Of a DNA stretch of 64,000 nucleotides, positions 59,411 to 64,000 are shown piece by piece. Position 1 is the stretch's first letter. The number at the start of each line of letters is the position of its first letter. Both the position numbers and the translations under genes were made by a program. Location: positions 82,523 to 146,522 of the forward strand of contig CAZETU010000001.1 of assembly GCA_964514585.1 (NCBI GenBank), written 5' to 3'. Under the pieces are notes generated by a model. It was not told the origin of the DNA. It searched no databases and saw nothing but the letters and a program-made list of their open reading frames with translations. The stretch is from Candidatus Woesearchaeota archaeon (GTDB lineage: Archaea; Nanobdellota; Nanobdellia; Pacearchaeales; GW2011-AR1).

Positions 59411-60840
59411 ATGAGAGATAGTCCGATGAGAGTCATGTTCGTTTATCATAATCAAGTTGAAGATGGATTTATGCCCCAGGCCATTGCTGTCCTTGGGGGG
59501 ATGATGAGAGATCATAACATAGAAACAAAATTATTTGATACAACACTTTATCGAGATAAAGACTCACACCTTGCTAGAACAGATAGAGAGCTTAGAGAAA
59601 GTCAGGCAAAAGGAGGATATCAGAAAGTTGAGGGGTTTGATCATACGAGAGAAGTGGTTGACTTAGCGGGTAAATTCTATGAAGAAGTAGAAAAATATAA
59701 ACCAGATTTAATCGCTGCTACTTCAACTTCTTTTGAATTCGGATCCTTGACTAGATTCATTCTTCCTGCAAAAAGAGCTTTTGAGGTCCCAGTAATTGTT
59801 GGGGCTCGCATGCCACTGTAGTGCCATATGAAGCAATTCAAAATCCGGCGGTAGATTACGTTTGTGTAGGAGAAGGAGAAAGGCCCCTTTTGAGCTTAGT
59901 AAGGGGGTTGGAGGGAAATGTGGATACCTCAAAAATTCCCAACCTCGTTGTAAAAAAACAAGGAAGAATTATTACCAATTCTCGTTTCCCCATTCTTACA
60001 ATGGATGAAACTCCAGATGCAGATTGGGATTTATTGGGAGAACTACATAGAATTCGCCCATTCGAAGGGAAATTAAAAAAATATGGTTGGTTTGAAACAA
60101 GTAGAGGATGTCCACACGAATGTAGTTATTGTATTAATTCAGCATTACACGGCATGGAGGCCCCCGGGGAAATTCAACCAGGAGATTATAGATTTTTTAG
60201 CCAAGATAAAATTATTAGTAGAATGGTGGCAAAGAAAGAGAGATATGGGTATGATCATGTCCAACTTATTGATGAAAATCTGGCCGCCAGGCCCCAAAGA
60301 GAACTAGAAAAACTTGCAGAGGCATTCAAAGAGAATGTTGGAGTCGGGTTTTTTACTCAGAGTCGTCCTGAGCAATTTATCGGGAGGTCAAAGAAGGCCA
60401 AAATCATGGCCGAAATGGGTTGTGAGATGGTTGCCATGGGAATGGAGTCTGGAAGTGAATCGTTGAGAAAAAATGTATTAAATAGACCGATGAAAGACGG
60501 GATAATTGAAGAGGCAGTGGACGCCTTAAGAAAAGAGGGGATAAAAGTTGCCGGTTATTATATAATGGGATTCCCTGGAGAAACAAGAGAAATGATAGAG
60601 GAAACAATTGCTTTGCATAAAAGAGTTCAACCAGATAGATTTTCTGTCAGATTTTTACATCCATTTCCTGGGACCACAATCAGGGAATTGTGTATCGAGA
60701 AAGGTTATCTATCACCGGATTTTGAATCCAGAAACCAGGACGCAAGCTTTTTTAAAGATCCAGTTTTAAATCTTCCCTCTCCTCCACATCCATCAAGAGA
60801 AGAATTATTTGAACTACAAGCAAAACTACAAAATAGCTAA
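59411..60840 (+). pseudogene. B12-binding radical SAM enzyme, frameshifted at G4 (59801-59804)
   Basis: One extra G gives VIVGGSHATVVPYEAI...VCVGEGE. CPHECSYC cluster motif is in the downstream ORF. Confidence 0.85.
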
Positions 60841-60943
60841 TTATTTCACAAAAATTCTCTTCTTATTTTTTCTTCAATACTTTTTGCATCTAATTCAAAT
60901 TTTTTATAAAGATTTTCAAAGTAAATATATTAGTTTACCTCAA

Positions 60944-61909
60944 TTATTTGAAAAATAAATCCTTCTGTCTTGCGTTTTTATAAAAATTGAGAGAAGTTCT
61001 TAGTATTCCTTCAATATCCAATCCATGTTTTTTGTATAAATCCTCTGGAGCTCCACTTTCACCAAACCCCTCGATTCCAATACTTTTCATAGGAACCCCA
61101 ACGCCATTTTTAGCAATTATTTCGGAAACAATAGTGCCTAGTCCCCCTACTATTGAATGATCTTCCACCACCACAATACATCTGGATCTTTTGGCGTAAT
61201 TAAGAATCGTTTCTTCATCGATTGGCTTCAGAGTGGAGATGCTAATCACCGATGATTCAACGCCCTCCTTGTGTAATTCTTCTGCAGCCATTAAAGAATT
61301 ATATACGGTATCCCCACTTGCTATAAACGTTAAATCTCTGCCTTCCCTAAGTACTGTAGCTTTGTTAAATTCAAATTTATGTTCTTCAGGCAAGACCAAA
61401 GGGGAAGGAGTTCTTGATAATCTCAAATAAGCTAAATTGTTAGTCTTAAGTAAATAATCGGTTATTTGTTGCGCTTCTCGGGCATCTGCTGGCTGAAAAA
61501 TTTCCATTCTAGGAATCCCCCTCATTACATTAATATCAGTAATTCCCATCTGTGTTTGCCCATCCTTTCCTATTGCTAACCCAGAATGAGTTCCTACGAC
61601 TAAAGCACCCACATCGTTATATCCAAGAGAAACCAATATTTGCTCATAAGCCCTACTCGTAATAAAAGCTCCAAAACTTGGGATAACTGGTCTTAAGCCT
61701 TCAATTGCCACACCTCCAGCCATACTAATAGCATTCTGTTCTTGAATCCCAACTTCGCAAAACCTATCAGGAAACTTTTTTGCAAATTCATTTGTTTTTG
61801 TTGCTCCAGTTAAATCACAGCCAAAAACAATTATTCTTGGGTCATCGCCGTTTCTTAACAATGACTTACCAAAGCCATCTCTAGTAGCAACTCTATTTAA
61901 TTCTTCCAT
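60944..61909 (-). CDS. Transketolase C-terminal subunit
   Basis: VGIQEQNA, RAYEQI, DGQTQ, AYLRLSR, VEDHSIVGGLG. Confidence 0.93.
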   Translation of the reverse strand: MEELNRVATRDGFGKSLLRNGDDPRIIVFGCDLTGATKTNEFAKKFPDRFCEVGIQEQNAISMAGGVAIEGLRPVIPSFGAFITSRAYEQILVSLGYNDVGALVVGTHSGLAIGKDGQTQMGITDINVMRGIPRMEIFQPADAREAQQITDYLLKTNNLAYLRLSRTPSPLVLPEEHKFEFNKATVLREGRDLTFIASGDTVYNSLMAAEELHKEGVESSVISISTLKPIDEETILNYAKRSRCIVVVEDHSIVGGLGTIVSEIIAKNGVGVPMKSIGIEGFGESGAPEDLYKKHGLDIEGILRTSLNFYKNARQKDLFFK

Positions 61910-62817
61910 TTTAATTCTTCCATTGCGATGGAATAATCCTCCTCGTCCAATAATTTACTATGCCATTTCCATGGTTCCCTTTCCATAAGCGAAACCCCCT
62001 TGCCCTTTGTGGTATCAGCAATTATTAACGATGGCTTTCCATTTCTTTGAGATATTTCTCTCGCATTTTCATAAGAGTTTAATATTTGGGAAATATCGTG
62101 ACCATCAATACACTGGACATAAAATCCGAATTCGCTCAATATGCTTGGCAAATTTTCTAATGGCATTCTTTCTCCTATAAATCCTTCTAGTTGACATTTA
62201 TTTTTATCAACAATTATAGTCAAATTATCCAATCCCAAATTCACAGAGGACATAAATGCTTCCCAATTTTGTCCCTCTTGGATTTCTCCATCTCCAAGTA
62301 AAACATATACCCTTCTATTTTCTTTCTTTTGTTTAATAGCATATGCAATTCCTGCAGCTAAAGATAGCCCTTGACCCAAAGATCCTGTGCTTGCATCAAC
62401 TAGAGGTAAAGACTTTCTAACAGGATGACCTTGAAGTGGGCTACCCATTTTTCTCAACGTTAAAAGATCTTCTTGAGAAACATATTCAGGATTCAAAATT
62501 GAAATCGCAGAATATAAAGTAGGAGCCCCATGTCCCTTTGATAAAACGAAAATATCTCTTTTCGAGGAGTCGGAGATTTCAACAGAAGAATTCACAAGAG
62601 TTGCTCTCGAATCTCTTTCGTTAAGTTTCATCTCATGGAAAAAAAGAGTCGCAGCTATGTCCGCCCAAGACAAAGAGGAACCATAATGTCCAGACTTCGC
62701 CGTATAAATTGATGTTAATATCCCCCTTCTTATTCCTTTTGCAATCTCTTTTAGTGAGCCAGTTACGTTTTTGTCTGTACTATTTTCCATTTTAATTTTT
62801 TGAGTTAATCTCTTCAA
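61897..62817 (-). CDS. Transketolase N-terminal subunit
   Basis: SGHYGSSLS, LSKGH, LQGHP, STGSLGQGLS, LGDGEIQEG, KGKG. Start may be about 62790. Confidence 0.95.
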   Translation of the reverse strand: MKRLTQKIKMENSTDKNVTGSLKEIAKGIRRGILTSIYTAKSGHYGSSLSWADIAATLFFHEMKLNERDSRATLVNSSVEISDSSKRDIFVLSKGHGAPTLYSAISILNPEYVSQEDLLTLRKMGSPLQGHPVRKSLPLVDASTGSLGQGLSLAAGIAYAIKQKKENRRVYVLLGDGEIQEGQNWEAFMSSVNLGLDNLTIIVDKNKCQLEGFIGERMPLENLPSILSEFGFYVQCIDGHDISQILNSYENAREISQRNGKPSLIIADTTKGKGVSLMEREPWKWHSKLLDEEDYSIAMEELKWKN

Positions 62818-64000
62818 TTTTAGATAATAAAGTTCCAGTTACTATATGACTAATACTTAGAAGAGAATCTTCATAATGAAAGTTACCTTCGTTCTCACCT
62901 GTCTGCCCTGGAAATTTTGAATTAGCAAGAATTTTAACACACAAATCACTTAAATTTTCGATATCGCTATTTTCCTTTCTTGTAATACTCAATGTTTTTG
63001 ATTGATGGGCCCTTGCTACTTTAAACGCTCTTAATATATCAGGAGAAGCTCCACTGCCAGTAAAACCAATAAGCATATCGTCTCTCCCAATTCTAAAATT
63101 TCTAAGCTGTTGCTCAAATATTTTGTTAGTTCCATAGTCATTAGCATACCCAGAAATTTCTGAACCTGAGCCAACAAGATTTACCACTCTAAATCTTTTT
63201 ACACCTTCAAACTTTGGTTTAGATTTATCTTCTCCAACAAAGGGATGTATACCAATATCACAACCGAAGTTTCCCAGCAAAGAAGCATTGGAGCCATTCC
63301 CACATAAATACAAAGAACCTCCATTAAAATAAGTTTCCTCTATCATTTTCCCCATTCTAGAAATATCCTTTACTGGAAGACTAGCTAAGCATTCTTTTGC
63401 CTCTTCTAAATATAAATCAACTAATTTGCTATCAGGCATAGATATTTCCTTTGAGCTTTCCCCACAATCGTAAATTCGTTGAACTCTTTTTGCAAGAAGA
63501 CCAGTAATTACATGAATAGCGGACATCACCGAATCTTCGTAATGAAAGCAGTTATTATTTTTACCAGTTTGTCCTGGAAAAGAGGAGTCACCCTGAATTG
63601 CGACACACAAATCAGCTAAATCTCTTGCCTTGCCCCCATTTCCCTTTGTCATGGCAAGAGTCTTGGCAAGATGTTTTTTTGCTGTCTCAAAGGCATATAG
63701 AACATTTTCAGTGTTTCCACTACCCGTAAAGCCTACTGCTAGGTCGTTTTCTCCTATCCTATGAGCTTCCAATTGGTTCCCAAAAACATATCCAAATCCA
63801 AAATCATTAGCTATCCCAGTTATATCTGCCACCGAAGATGTTAAGTCAAAGGTCCTCAGTCTTTTTACTTTCTCCGGGAGAGGACTTTTATCCTTCCCTA
63901 AAAATGGATGATTTGATAAATAAAGAGCCAAGCATTCTGCATAAGAGACCCCCCCCCGTTCCCACAGGTAAAAACGGTTCCATCATTAAAGTAAGTGTTT
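62792..64000 (-). CDS. Tandem SIS-domain sugar isomerase (GmhA-like), 5'-partial, frameshifted at G9 (63949-63957)
   Basis: Two repeats with TGSG, FPGQTG.N..FHYED and HPF. The upstream frame TYFNDGTVFTCGNG joins only if the tract is G7 or G10. Confidence 0.8.

Overview
A 64-kb chromosomal segment of a small-genome archaeon. The gene set and style suggest DPANN, most like Pacearchaeota/Woesearchaeota (inference). It holds the replication core (cdc6/orc1, PolD DP1 and DP2, and an ORB-flanked AT-rich putative origin). It also holds an XerA-like recombinase preceded by dif-like sites, an rpl21e-rpoF-rps13-rps4-rps11-rpoD-tRNA-rpl18e-rpl13-rps9 cluster, a MacB-type ABC exporter, rpoN, 5S rRNA, five tRNAs, a tRNA-Gly-adjacent integrase element, secF/secD, and a surface-glycan island (flippase, glycosyltransferases, AsnB, radical SAM, transketolase, SIS isomerase). 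The most striking features are: (1) a full-length bacterial-type DNA polymerase III alpha subunit (DnaE) beside PolD, cdc6 and the origin; (2) a strong C>G skew on the + strand that does not flip at the putative origin, with xerA and dif-like sites only about 6-8 kb away; (3) a tRNA-Leu with an AAG anticodon; (4) downstream duplications of the 3' ends of 5S rRNA, rpoN and three tRNAs; (5) three genes frameshifted at G homopolymers. All calls come from reading motifs by eye; no searches were run.
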